A DNA stretch of 64,000 nt from Malacoraja senta (taxonomy: Eukaryota). This document shows positions 12,706-25,127 of this stretch, in pieces (the first letter of the stretch is position 1; every line of letters begins with the position of its first letter). The translations under genes were made by a program, and so were the position numbers. The notes under the pieces are model-generated. The model was not told the origin of the DNA, ran no database searches, and saw only the letters and a list, made by a program, of their open reading frames with translations. The stretch is taken from the NCBI GenBank assembly GCA_038087875.1, contig CM075999.1:4342001-4406000 (forward strand), read 5' to 3'.

Positions 12706-13559
12706 CAAATGAAAGTGGCTGCAACCTGCGACACTCGGGCGGCTAGAGTAATTGTCCTGCTATTCATTAACCACGTGGGACCCTGCATCTAATGTCCGAC
12801 CCTGACACAACGCAGACGCAATCCCTTCATCGGCACCCATCCAAAAGGCTCACCCTAACCCCTATCACCCAACCATAACCTCTGACCATTGGGATCCTAC
12901 CCTCCGTCCTAAAACCATCCCTACCCGCAATAGCAGCTCCGATGTTGGCTTCAGTTCTCTGGACAGGCTGGGTGTGATCTCCCAGCAGCAGCGGGGGTTC
13001 TTGGGGTGATAGAAGGATTAAGGGGATTGAAGGATATAAAATCACCTGGGGTGTTGACAGAATAGACTGCAGGAAACTTCCCCAGATCAGAGGTCACAGA
13101 TTTAGAGAATGAGGGTAGGGAGGTAGAAGGGATCTGAATGGTCACATGGAGAGTGGTGGGAACACACTGGTAGAGGGGGTGGTGGAGGCAGCTTGTCTAC
13201 ATCAACATTTAAATCACTTAGACATGGAAAGTGACAGATGAGGTGCTGGAAAATGGGATTAATATGATGGATGCTCTGTGGATGGCATCGATGCAGTGGG
13301 CCAATTGGCCTCTATCCCTGCTGCATGACTCCTACTCATGATCCTTGCAAAGTCATCGCTGGACCAAGTTCCAAATTCATCGGCAGTACCATCCCTGACG
13401 CTCAGACTCAGGCTGGAATCACCACAGGGTCTGCGTTGAGGACCGTAAGATAGTCTTCAATTCTCGACTCCCACTGAGTATTGGGATCTGGGAACATTTG
13501 CCTTGAATCCTGTAATGTAGGCCTGATTGGGGGGTAGGAACTGGCAATAAAATTACAAA

Positions 13560-14470
13560 AATTGCAGCAGGATCTTGATCAGCTGGGCAAGTGGGCGGAG
13601 GATTGGCTAATGGAGTATACTCCAGAGGTGTGAGATGCTGCATTTTGGGGAGTCAAACCTTCACAATGAATGGTAGGGCTGTGGAGAGTGTTGTGGAGCA
13701 GAGGGATCTATGTGTTCAGGTACATAGTTTCCCTGAAAGTGGCGTCACAGGTAGATAGGGTGGTCATGAAGGCTTTTGGTACATTTGCCTTCATCAGTCA
13801 GGGCACTGAGTATAGAAGTTGGAATGTTATTATGTTACTGGGCTACAAGATGTTGGTGAGGCCATACTTGGAGTATTGTGTTCAGTTTTAGTCACCCTGC
13901 TATTGAAAGATGCTGTTAGGCTGGAAAAAGTGCAGAGAAGATTTATGAGGGATATTGCCATGACAGAGGGCCTGAATTATAGGAAAAATTGGGGAAGCTA
14001 GGCCTTTATTCCTTGGACTGAAGAAGGGTCTCGACCTGAACCATCACCCATTCCGTCTCTCCAGAGATGTTGCCTGTCCCGCTGAGTTACTCCTGCTTTT
14101 TGAGTATAACTTCTTTATTCCTTGGAGTGCAGGAGGTGATCTTATAGTGTATAAAATCATGAGTGGAATAGATAAGGTGAATGCACAGAGCCTTTCACCC
14201 AGAATCAACAACCAGGACTTAGCTTTAAGGTAAGAGGGGAAAGATTTAATAGGAACCTGAGGGTGGTGAGTGGATGCAACAATCTGCCAGAGGAGGTAGT
14301 TGAGGTAGGTATTATCACAACATTTAAAAGATACTTAGACAGGTCTGAAAGGTTTAGAGGGATATGAGACAAACGCGAGCAAATGGGACTGGTGTAGATG
14401 GGGCATGTTGGTCGGCATGAACGATCTGGGCCGAATTGTCTGTGTCCTCGTTGTGTGACTCTATGACAGA
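13560..14470 (+). mobile_element. Old decayed CR1 3' portion, interrupted by a pLTR remnant at ~14015-14105
   Basis: LVRPYLEYCVQF and EKVQRRF remnants; CR1 3' UTR. Confidence 0.8.
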
Positions 14471-14565
14471 GTGGAAAAGTATTAGCCAAACTATAGAGAT
14501 AGTTACCATAGTTACCAAAGAAACAAGAACTTTCCTGAGACGAGTCAAAACATCAAAGGGCCATT

Positions 14566-14949
14566 TGCTCTGCTCCCCACAGCAGCTGACTGAACCCCAG
14601 TCTCTGCTCCCCACAGCAGCTGACTGTACCCCCGTTTCTGCTCCCCATGACAGCTGACTGAACCCCAGTCTCTGCTCCCCACAGCAGCTGACTGTACCCC
14701 CGTTTCTGCTCCCCATGACAGCTGACTGAACCCCAGTCTCTGCTCCCCACAGCAGCTGACTGTACCCCTGTCTCTGCTCCCCATGACAGCTGACTGTACC
14801 CCCGTCTCTGCTCTCCACGACAGCTGACTGAACCCCCGTCTCTTCTCCCCACAGCAGCTGACTGAACCCGTCTCTACTCCCCATGACAGCTGACTGAACC
14901 CCAGTCTCTGCTCCCCACGACTGCTGACTGAACCCCAGTCTCTGCTCCA
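14566..14949. repeat. 34-bp minisatellite, about 11 copies, nearly all containing CAGCTG
   Basis: Unit CCCCACAGCAGCTGACTGAACCCCAGTCTCTGCT. Confidence 0.95.
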
Positions 14950-15149
14950 TCGAGGGGTTTTGCAGTGGAATGTGGGCTTATTCAGGAGCAGTTCAGTTAA
15001 ACAACTAAATACACATCAATCTTAAACTGTGTCAGGTGAGTTATTGTGCAAATGACCGTATGACTCAGAACCCAGATCTCAGTCAGACGCCATGCAGAGC
15101 AAAAGTCCCATTGAGCAGCTGTCAGAACATAGGTGGGGAGCTGGTCTGA

Positions 15150-15712
15150 GCCATACCTGGAGTATTGTGTGCAATTTTGGTCTCCTAATTTAAGGAAGGA
15201 CATTCTTGCTATTGAGGGAGTGCAGCGTAGGTTCGTGAGATTAATTCCCGGGATGGCGGGACTGTCATATGATGAAAGAATGGAGCGGCTGGGCTTATAT
15301 TCACTGGAATTTAGAAGGATGAGAGGGAATCTTACAGAAACATATAAAACTATTAAGGGATTGGACACGCTAGATGCAGGAAACATGTTCTCGATGTTGG
15401 GGGAGTCCAGAACCAGGGGCCACAGTTTAAGAATAAAGGGCAGGCCATTTAGAACTGAGATGAGGAAAACTTTTTCACACAGAGAGTTGCGAATTGGTGG
15501 AATTCTCGCCACAGAAGGCAGTGGAGGCCGATTCACTGGATGCATTCAAAAGAGAGTTAGATAGATCTCTTAGGGCTAGCGAAATCAAGGGGTATGGGGA
15601 GAAGGCAGGAAGAGGGTACTGATTGTGGATGATCTGCCATGATCACAGTGAATGGCAGTGCTGGCTAGAAGGGCAGAATGGCCTACTCCTGCACCTAATG
15701 TCTATGTATCTA
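15150..15712 (+). mobile_element. CR1 LINE (family C) 3' fragment
   Basis: PYLEYCVQFWSPNLRKDILAIEGVQRRF; CR1 3' UTR and CTATGTAT tail. Confidence 0.9.
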
Positions 15713-15934
15713 TAAGTACAACATTCAATTAGCTCAGGACTGCTCTAAACCTCCCTCTGCTCAACCCGCACACTTTCTTCCTCACAGCTCTCTGAGCTTC
15801 ACCATGGAGATGTTAGTCTCAGTGGTGAACCCTTATCCTGCTGCAAACTCTCCCTCCCCAATCACCCCTGCCATTCCGCTCAGAGGCTTCCATGTCTCTG
15901 TCACTGCTGCACTCTTCAAAGCTCCCAGATAAAG

Positions 15935-16230
15935 ACACTGGCAGTGGGTATGCAGTGGATATGCAGTGGGTATGCAGTGGATATGCAGTGGACATTGTAG
16001 TGGACACTGGCAGTGGGTATGCAGTGGATATGCAGTAGACGTTGCAGTGGACACTGGCAGTGGGTATGCAGTAGACATTGTAGTGGACACTGGCAATGAA
16101 CACTGGCAGTGGACAGTCTCCCAAGTGTATACACTGGTAGTGGGATTGCAGTGGACATTACTTCCCAGGTGCAGTCACTGGCAGTGGGCACTATAGTGGA
16201 CATTACAGTGGACACTGGCAGTGGACATTG
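15935..16230. repeat. Degenerate GCAGTGG-based 11-13 bp tandem repeat
   Basis: GCAGTGGGTAT / GCAGTGGACACTG units. Confidence 0.85.
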
Positions 16231-17371
16231 ATCAGGGGATGAGGGACTCGGGGTGGACATAGGAACTTGGGGCTGAGATGAAAGATGAGCCGTCATGTAC
16301 TGAAGGACAGACTGGGCATGAGGGCTGAATGGCCTGGGCCTCTTTGCCTCATCCCGGGGAGTGGGACCCTGGGTTCTGGACCAGAGGAAGGAGTTGAGGC
16401 ATCATTTTAACGGAGGCAGGGGGCCACGTGATTCACCCTGTGATGGCCCCTCTGCAGCAGGGACCCAGCGCTCTGTGCTACACATCAAACTGCAACGCCA
16501 GCTTTGTCAACCATTGAACTGATGTTTGGAATGTTCACGTGAGGAACCCAGGCTGGAATGTGTGACTGGTTTAATCATTTATTACAGAAACAAGGAGCTG
16601 AGAGCCCCGTTGTGAGCAAGAGGGCCGGTGTCAGGCACTGGAACAGCCTCCAGCAGTCAGAGTACCTGAGACACACCAATAAATATCAGCCCAACCCTTT
16701 CATTAAACTTGCAAACAGGATCATTCACTCTTTGTTTAGCATGCCTTGTTTAAACATGTCGCAGCAAACATATGAATCAGTAGCAGGCCACTCGGCCCCT
16801 CTAGTCTGTCCACCACTTGAGAAGATTATGGCTGATGCCAGCACTTGTTTCCATCCCGATGGAAGTAGATAACATTCTGAGAGGTAAAGATATGGTCGAC
16901 TCTCAGAACATTTTTCCCAGCGTAGAATTTACAAAGAACTCTTTCTCTCTCACTCTCTTAGACTCTATTCCTTGGAGCGCAGGAGGATAAGAGGTGATCT
17001 TGGAGAGGTGTATAAAATCATGAGGGGAATAGATTGGGTGAATGCACAGAATCTTTTACGCAGGGTTGGGGAATCAAGAACCAGAGGACATGGGTTTAAG
17101 GTGAGATGGAAAGATTTAATGGGAACCTAAGGGAAAATGTTTTCACACAGATGGTGGTGGGTTGCTGGAGGAGGTAGCTTAGGTAGATACTGAACAACAT
17201 TTAAAAGACATTGGGACAAGGTACATGGATAGGAAAGATTTATGGGCCAAACGTGGGAAAATGGGACTAGCTTAGATAGAGCATCTTGGTCAGCATGGAT
17301 GAGTTGGGCTGAAGGGCCTGTTTCCATGCTGTACCTTGGTACACGTGACAATAAACTAAACTAAACTATAT

Positions 17372-17537
17372 TCCAAAGACGTACAGGTTTGTAGATTAAT
17401 TGGCTTGGTGTATGTGTAAATTGTCCCGAGTGTGTGTAGGATAGTGTTAATGTGTGGGGATCGCTGGTCGGTGCGGACTCGGTGGGCCGAAGGGCCTGTT
17501 TCCGCGCTGCATCTCTAAACTAAAATAAACTAAACTA
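17372..17537 (+). mobile_element. V-SINE (HE1-like) 3' half with CR1-derived tail
   Basis: CCAAAGACGTACAGGTTTGTAG...GGTGGGCCGAAGGGCCTGTTTCC...(TAAAC)n. Confidence 0.7.
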
Positions 17538-19704
17538 TATCTCTCTCTCTTTCTCTCTCTATCACCCTCCTGTCTCACACTCTCTCTCCCACTCACTCAC
17601 TCATGGGATCTGTTCAGTGTAGTCAGCAGTTCCTGGTCTCAGTTCCTCTGTCTCACCTGTCTTCAATTAACCAGTTCGAGCTGATTATCGAATTATTGGG
17701 AGACTAACGTTTATTTTTGAAACCAATTATTAAATATTGCGATTTAAAATAAAAGTGTCCCCTTAAACGAATCTCCTCTGCCTACATGTGATCCATATCC
17801 CTCCCTTCCCTGCATATCCATGTGTCTATCTAAAAGCCTCTTCAACCACTATCCTATCTGCCTCCATCACCATCCCTGGCAGCACGTTCCATACACTCTC
17901 CACTCTCTGTTAAATAAACCTGCCCCCCCCCCCATCTCCCCTTTGCACCTTTGATCTTGACAGGATCACAATCTGCAACTCTCCAATCTGTCATACACCT
18001 TCCTTTCTTTCTTATCTCTGGCCTTTGCTCCAACCATCTGCCTATCAACCCCGCACCTGTGTCTACCTATTTATTACCTGCCATGCTGTCCTGCCTCTCC
18101 CCTTCTCCCCCCAACAATTAGCCTGAAGGTCTCGACCCAATACGTCACCGATCCATGTTCTCTCGAGATTCTGCCTGACCCGTTGAGTTACTCCAGCACT
18201 CTGTGTTTTTTTGTGCCTTAACCAGCATCTGCAGCTCTTTATGGTTCATACCCTGGGTGATTTTACCTGGAGCTGCCCCAGCATTTGTGCATATTAACCA
18301 ATTACATCACAGACCTGCTGTGCTGGGATCATCAAAAATCCCATAACGAGACATCAAGCTCTTCTCTCATCCGAGTCCACCAGGAACAGAACAATGAATT
18401 CACTGAGCCAGAGAGTTGTTGAATAGAAGCACAATGGTAACAGTAACCAGCTCATTGTTTACAGCACATCAAGGCATCCAACCCGACCATTCCCTGCAGC
18501 TTACATTTCTTCAGCAGCTACAAAATGATTTTACAGGAAGAAAATATTGGATCTCTGGAGATTCCTTCACAGCCAGGGAAGTGCCAGGGAGCTCGACACA
18601 CAATTACCTTTGATGCAGAGTGACTTTTGTAATATGATCAGTGCGCCGCATAATGTGACAAATGGCCAATTAACAATTTTTTTGATGATAGATGAAGGAT
18701 AAATGTTTGCAGAGACACCAGGGAGAACACATTGCTCTTTTTGCAATACCTTGGATCCATCAACAGAAGTAAACTGGATGCAATCATGCCCTGGAGCACA
18801 GGAAACCCTCAGGAGAATTGGAAGGGATAGTCTGTGGAAATGATCATCGCGTTTAAGCTTTACTTGGAGGTGGACATGAAAAGGTGTGGTCTTCAGGGCT
18901 GCAGACCAATGCTGGACAGTGGTCTTCCTCTCTTGGTCCTGATGTGGTGGTTCAAATCCGTGTCATAAAGTTTCTAGGAATTTATGGGTTGGATTTCAAC
19001 GCCTTCACATGCAGCTTCCGGGCAGACAACATTGACCAATCATAAAGACACAAGGAGTTCCAGATGCTGGAACATTGTACAAAGAACAAAGAGCTCAAAG
19101 AACTCAAAGGATCAGTCAGAATCTATGGCGAGAATGGACAGTTGGTGTTTGGCATTTAGACCCTTCTTCAGGCCGCAACCCTTCAGATTCTTATGAGCCT
19201 TAATGACCTCTTATGACCTAAATATCATCTGCCCATTTCCCTCCACTGATGCTGCCTGACTCTCTGATTTCCTTCAGCACTTTGTTTTTTTCCCTCATTA
19301 AGCAACATGAGATGTTTTTTACACTGCAAGATATATAAAGTCATTATCTGGAAAACGTGAGAAAGGTGATGAATGAATTAAACATCCCATATCTCACAAG
19401 TCTGGAAATGATTCAATCCAAGCATTCTTGGTGTTAAGGGCTGCTTACAAGACAAAGGAAGCCCACTATCAGACCTGCCTATCACCATCAACTCCATCTA
19501 CACTTCACTCTGCCTCAGGAGATCAGACAACATAATCAAGGACCTTTCACACCACCAGATTCAGGAACAGCTTCTTCCCCACCACCATCAGACTACTGAA
19601 CAGACCTCTCATATGTTAGGGATGAATTCCTGATCTTCCATTCTACTTTGTTGCAGCCCTTGCACTTTTTTTAATCTACACTTTCTCTGCAGCTGTAACA
19701 CTGC

Positions 19705-20350
19705 ACCCACTTCCAACCCTGCTTCCTGCAAAGACTCTATACCCTACTCCCAATTCCTCCATCTACAGTCGATCTGCACCCAAGATGAGGTGTTCCATAC
19801 CAGGACGTCCGAGATGTCCTCATTCTTTAGAGAACAGGGGTTCCCTTCTCCCATCATGGACGAGGCCCTCACTCATGTCTCCTCAGTACCCCGCAGCTCC
19901 GCCCTTGCTCCCCATCCTCTTAGATACAACAGAGACAGAGTCCCCCTAGTCCTCACCTTCCACCTCATCAGCCGTTGCATACAACACATAATCCTCCAAC
20001 ATTTCCGCCACCTCCAAAGGGATCCCACCACTAGCCACATTTTCCCATCTCCACCCCTTTCCGCTTTCTGCAGAGACTGTTCCCTCCGTAACTCCCGGGT
20101 TAACTCATCTCTTCCCACCCAAACCACCCCCTCCCCTGGTACTTTCCCCTGCAGGAGATGTAACACCTGTCCCTAAACCTTTTTCCTCGACTCTGTCCAG
20201 GGACCTCAACAGTCCTTTCAGTTTAGGCAGAGGTTCACTTGCACCTCCTTCAACATCATCTACTCTATCCAGAGATGCTGCCTGTCCCGCTGAGTTAGTC
20301 CAGCTTTTTGTGCCTTTCTTCGGTTTAAACCAGCAGCTGCAGTTCCTTCC
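19705..20350 (+). mobile_element. Penelope-like element fragment (RT thumb and linker with Cys motif) plus pLTR remnant
   Basis: ORF 19790-20176: RDRVPLVLTFH...LQRDPTTSHIFPSPPLSAF...PGTFPCRRCNTCP. Confidence 0.75.
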
Positions 20351-20941
20351 CACACACTATACCCGGCACTCGGTTCACTTTCTCTTTTACCCTACCTACC
20401 TGTTGTACTCTTGTGTGGTTTGATTTGTTGGCTAACACACAATGTTTTTTACTGTATCTCGGTACTTGTGACAATACCAAGCAAAACCAATAAGCCAATA
20501 CCAAATGTCCCGTGAGAAAACACTGAATGTAGCGAGAGTAGAATAACCTGAGGGACCACGTCAGGTGCAGAGGCAGTTCTGACATGACTCGGACGTTTAT
20601 CTGACATGACTCGGACGTTTATCTGACATGGACTTTTCAAAGTTAAGCGTAGTGTGGCTTCTGTATGTAAGTGTCTATCCTAAGTTTGCATCTATTTTGT
20701 TGGAATTATTTAATGGGATCAGGTGGAATCAGCAGCCAGTAACATGTAACAAACTCAACCTAAATCAGTGAATAAATGTCTTCTGCAAATCTCATGCCAC
20801 TGATTTACCTGCATATTATTTAGTCTTAGAGTTACAGTCCAACCCAAACTTAATCTAGTTCAATCTTGTTGTAACAGAGAGAAATACCAGGCGCTACCCA
20901 GGGACTGGCCTCAGGGAAGGCTGGGAACATGACTGAGTTAG

Positions 20942-21917
20942 ATAGATAGATATAGATAGATAGATATGCCTTTATTGTCGTTCAGACCGAAGTCTGGAAG
21001 AAATTGCAGCAGTCATACATATAATACAATAAAAACAACAATAAACACATATTAACATCCACCACAGTGAGTCCACCCAGCATCTCCTCACTGTGATGGA
21101 GGCAAAAGTCTTAGGTCTGCAGTCTCTTCCCTCCTCTTCTCCCTCTGCGCTGAGGCGATACCCCTCGGGCGATGTTATAAATCAGTCCCGCAGCTCAAAC
21201 ACCGCGGCCCGGGGTGGTCGAAGCTGCCGCCCACCAGTCCTGCTGGCCCGCGGCCGAACCCCGGACTCAGGCCACCACTGCCAGAACACCGTCCCAGCCA
21301 CCCTCACGTGAGTACCGTGCCGTCTTCAGCCTCGGGCTGGGCCGCCCGACATGGACGCCGAACCTCCCCCGAGCCGGGCCGCCCCGACATGGGCGTCGCT
21401 TCTCCCCCCGGGCTGGGCCGCCCCGACTTGGGCGTCGCTTCTCCCTCCGGCCGGGCCGCCCCCGACTTGGGCGCCGAACCTCCCTCGGGCTGCGAGCGCC
21501 GCACCTCCCCGAGCTCGGCCGCTCCAACGGGAGCCTCGTTCCACCCTTGGGCTGGCCGCCCTCACGAGAGCGCCACAACCTCTCACGGGAGCACTGTTCC
21601 AGCCCTGAGCTGGACCACCCTCACGGGAGCGAGCTCAGGGCGAGTCCTGACGGGCTCTGCCTCCGGAGCCTCGAGGTCATCAGCTCCATTAGGCCTCAGC
21701 GCAGACGGAGGCAGAGAAGGGGAATACGACAAAAAAGTCGCATTCCCCCGCAGGGAGAGACTGCAAACCCCGTTTCAACCCCCCCCCCCCCAAAACACAA
21801 ACTAAGAACCAAAAACTAGACTAACCAAAACAAAATAAACAACACAAAAAACACAAACAAACGGGACTGCCGATGAGCCGCTGCAGCCAGGGCCGCGCCG
21901 CCACTTCCGCGGAAACT
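20942..21917 (-). mobile_element. Non-coding structured retroposon, copy A, with central GC-rich VNTR
   Basis: Homologous to 59605-60412 at both ends; 3' hairpin, GACAATAAA and (TATC)n tail; possible 5-bp TSD GTTAG at 20937-41 and 21918-22. Confidence 0.75.
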
Positions 21918-21994
21918 GTTAGCACAGGAAACTGGGAGTTTTTGCAGCCCGTCTGGGATTCAGAAAATACTGCCTCGCAGAAAGCCAAAGTTAC

Positions 21995-22670
21995 CTAAAG
22001 CCGACTGGATAGAAAATTGGTTTCATGGATAGAGGCCGAGGATGATGGACTGGAGGGCTGTGATTAGTGGCGTGCCTTAGGGTTCGGTGCTGGGCCCCAT
22101 CGCTGCTTGTCAAATATATCAATGATTTGGATGAGAACGTACTAGGCATGATTAGTAAGTTTGCAGATGACACAAAAGTGGGTGGCATTGTAGATCGTGA
22201 AAATGGGTTCTAAATCGCAGCAGGATCTTGATCAATTGGGCGGGCAGGTGGGCTGAGGAATGTTTGATGGAGTTTAATAGGTAGCTGCCTAGGTTAGAGA
22301 GTATTAGTATAAGGAGAGGAGTACAAACTTGCACCGGCATGTCAGCGGCTCAGGGGAGACTTGATAGAAGTATAATAAATCATAGATTGGGTGGCCAATC
22401 AGAATAATGTTCCCAGGGTGGAGATGTCAAATACTCCAACCGTAGATTTAAGGTGAGAGTAGCAAAGTTTTCAAGACACTTTCTTACATAGAATGGTAGT
22501 GCTGGAATGTGCTTCCAGAGGGTATGGTAGAAACAGATATGACAACAACTTTGAAGAGGCACTTAGACACATGAACAGGTGGGGATAGACCACATACAGG
22601 TAGTTTAGTATCATGTACAGCACAAGCGTGATGGGTAGAAGGGCCTGTTCTTGTCCTATACTGTTCCATG
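21995..22670 (+). mobile_element. Old, heavily deleted CR1 fragment
   Basis: GSVLGP, YINDLDE and ISKFADDTKVGG remnants. Confidence 0.75.
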
Positions 22671-22678
22671 TTAAGTGT

Positions 22679-22881
22679 TGTAGATTGGCTATTGCATGTT
22701 AGCCAATTAGAATGCTTAGTAATTATAACTCTGCCTAATTATAACATTCATAGTGTAAGAACTTGCCCACTGTCTGGCAGTAGCTGTAGCAGTGTGAACG
22801 TGTGATGAACTGCTTAGAAGATTATGACCTGAACAATGAAGATGCTTGTGTTTTAACCTGTGTGAGTTTGAGTTCTTTACA
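22679..22881 (+). repeat. 5' LTR of Gypsy element 1
   Basis: Direct repeat of 32935-33137, followed by the PBS. Confidence 0.95.
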
Positions 22882-23860
22882 TGGTGTCAGAAAATCGGGT
22901 CGACCCCGCGTCTGTTTACCGCGATTTATTTTGTTTATCAGTTTTTATTTGTGAGTGAATTTATGACATGGCTAACTATTGTCGAAAGCCTAGCCCGCTC
23001 GTGTTTGACTCCGATATTGCCGAGCGATGGCGAATGTTTGAGCGAGACTATGCTCATTATATCCGTATCGTTCACCGAAACGATCCAGACGATTTGAAAG
23101 CATCGCTGTTGCTGAATCTAGCGGGGCCGGAAGCTATGATAATCAACAACAAACCTCTGATCGCCAAAGTCGATACCGGCGCCAGAGTAAACGTCATGTC
23201 ACTCAAAGTGTTCAACAAGATAAGAACCACTGAGCTCATGCAAAAATACTTCTCCACTCTACATGCTTACGGATGGGAATTTCTTCACCCATTGGGTAAA
23301 CCTGCTCTGAAATGTACCATCAACGAGCAGACAAAGAACTTACTATTTTACATTGTCCAACCAAGTTCTGAAACCCTGCTTGGCATTAATGCATGCCATG
23401 ACTTGGGTCTGGTTTATTTTGGGCGTGCTGTCCACAAACTCTGTTTGACAGAGGAACCAACACAACAGATGGTATCCAACTATAAGGACTTGTTTGACGA
23501 CAAATTCGGCAAGCTACCGACAATATATTAGATCACTATTGACCATACGGTCAACCCGATTGTATGTGCACCTCACTGCGTCCCCCACGGCATGTGAGAG
23601 AAAATACACGACAAACTTAAACGTATGGTCTCTATCGGAGTTATTGCCGAGGTCAGCGAACCCTCAGACTGGGTCTCCACCATGGTCGTCACCACCTAGA
23701 AAGATAAGAAGAAATTACGCATCTGCATCAATCCTAAAGATTTGAACACAGCAATCAAACGTCATCACTATCCGATGAGAACCACTGAGGATGTAGCGGC
23801 ACAGATTGGTAACGCAACTGTATTCTCAGTCCTAGATGCCAAAAGTTCTTTTTGGCAAAT

Positions 23861-24664
23861 AGATACATAGAAAATAGGTGCAGGAGTAGGCCATTCGGCC
23901 CTTCGAGCCTGCACCGCCATTCAATATGATCATGGCTGATCATCCAACTCAGTATCCCGTACCTGCCTTCTCTCCATACCCCCTGATCCCCTTAGCCACA
24001 AGGGCCGCATCTAACTCCCTCTTAAATATAGCCAATGAACTGGCCTCAACTACCCTCTGTGGCAGAGAGTTCCAGAGATTCACCACTCTCTGTGTGAAAA
24101 GGTTTTTCCTCATCTCGGTCTTAAAGGATTTCCCCCTTATCCTTAAGCTGTGACCCCTTGTCCTGGACTTCCCCAACATCGGGAACAATCTTCCTGCATC
24201 TAGCCTGTCCAACCCCATAAGAATTTTGTACATTTCTATAAGATCCCCTCTCAATCTCCTACATTCTAGCGATTATAAGCCAAGTCTATCCAGTCTTTCT
24301 TCATATGAAAGTCCTGACATCCCAGGAATCAGTCTGGTGAACCTTCTCTGCACTCCCTCTATGGCTATAATGTCCTTCCTCAGATTTGGAGACCAAAACT
24401 GTACGCAATACTCCAGGTGTGGTCTCACCAAGACCCTGTACAACTGCAGTAGAACCTCCCTGCTCCTATACTCAAATCCTCTTGCTATGAAGGCCAACAT
24501 ACCATTCGCTTTCTTCACTGCCTGCTGCACCTGCATGCCTACTTTCAATGACTGGTGTACCATGACACCCAGGTCTCGCTGCATCTCCCCATTTCCTAAT
24601 CGGCCACCATTTAGATAATAGTCTGCCTTCCCGTTTTTGCCACCAAAGTGGATAACCTCACATT
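23861..24664 (-). mobile_element. CR1 family B 3' fragment inserted in the Gypsy RT
   Basis: Interrupts FWQI|..LDRASSALTTF; ORFs 23949-24254 and 24273-24584 encode the CR1 RT C-terminus. Confidence 0.95.
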
Positions 24665-25127
24665 AGACCGTGCGTCATCTGCACTAACAACTTTCGATAC
24701 TCCGTTTGGCCATTACCGATTTTTAAGAATGCTCTTCGGTATCAACTCTGTTAGTGAAGTCTTCCAGCGCGCAATGGAACAGCTGTTCGCAGAATATCCT
24801 TGTGCCATCATTGTCGACGACATCCTAGTATACGGCCGAGACGCAACCGAACATGATGCCAACCTACGAAAAGTGTTGAACCGTGCCAGAGACATTAACT
24901 TAAAACTCAACCCTCTGAAGCGCAAAGTTCCAGAAGTCACATACATCGGTCACGTATTCACCAGCAACGGGTTAAAACTTGGCCCATTGAAGACTGCAGC
25001 GATTAACATGCTGCCAGTACCAACCGACGTCACCAGCCTACAACGATTTTTAGGTATGGTCAACTACTGGGCAAATTCATCCCCAATCTCAGCAAATTAT
25101 CAGCCCCACTGCGACAATTGACCCACA

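Noticed and set aside
14354..14950. 198-aa repetitive ORF and possible CRISPR array
   Set aside because: It is a 34-bp minisatellite without spacers.
20579..20629. 22-bp tandem duplication CTGACATGACTCGGACGTTTAT
   Set aside because: It looks like an ordinary slippage duplication, with no further structure.
21093..21819. Several 100-200 aa Pro/Arg-rich ORFs (also at 59712-60400)
   Set aside because: They come from a GC-rich VNTR lacking stops, and the peptides are not conserved between the two copies of the element outside short shared DNA blocks.
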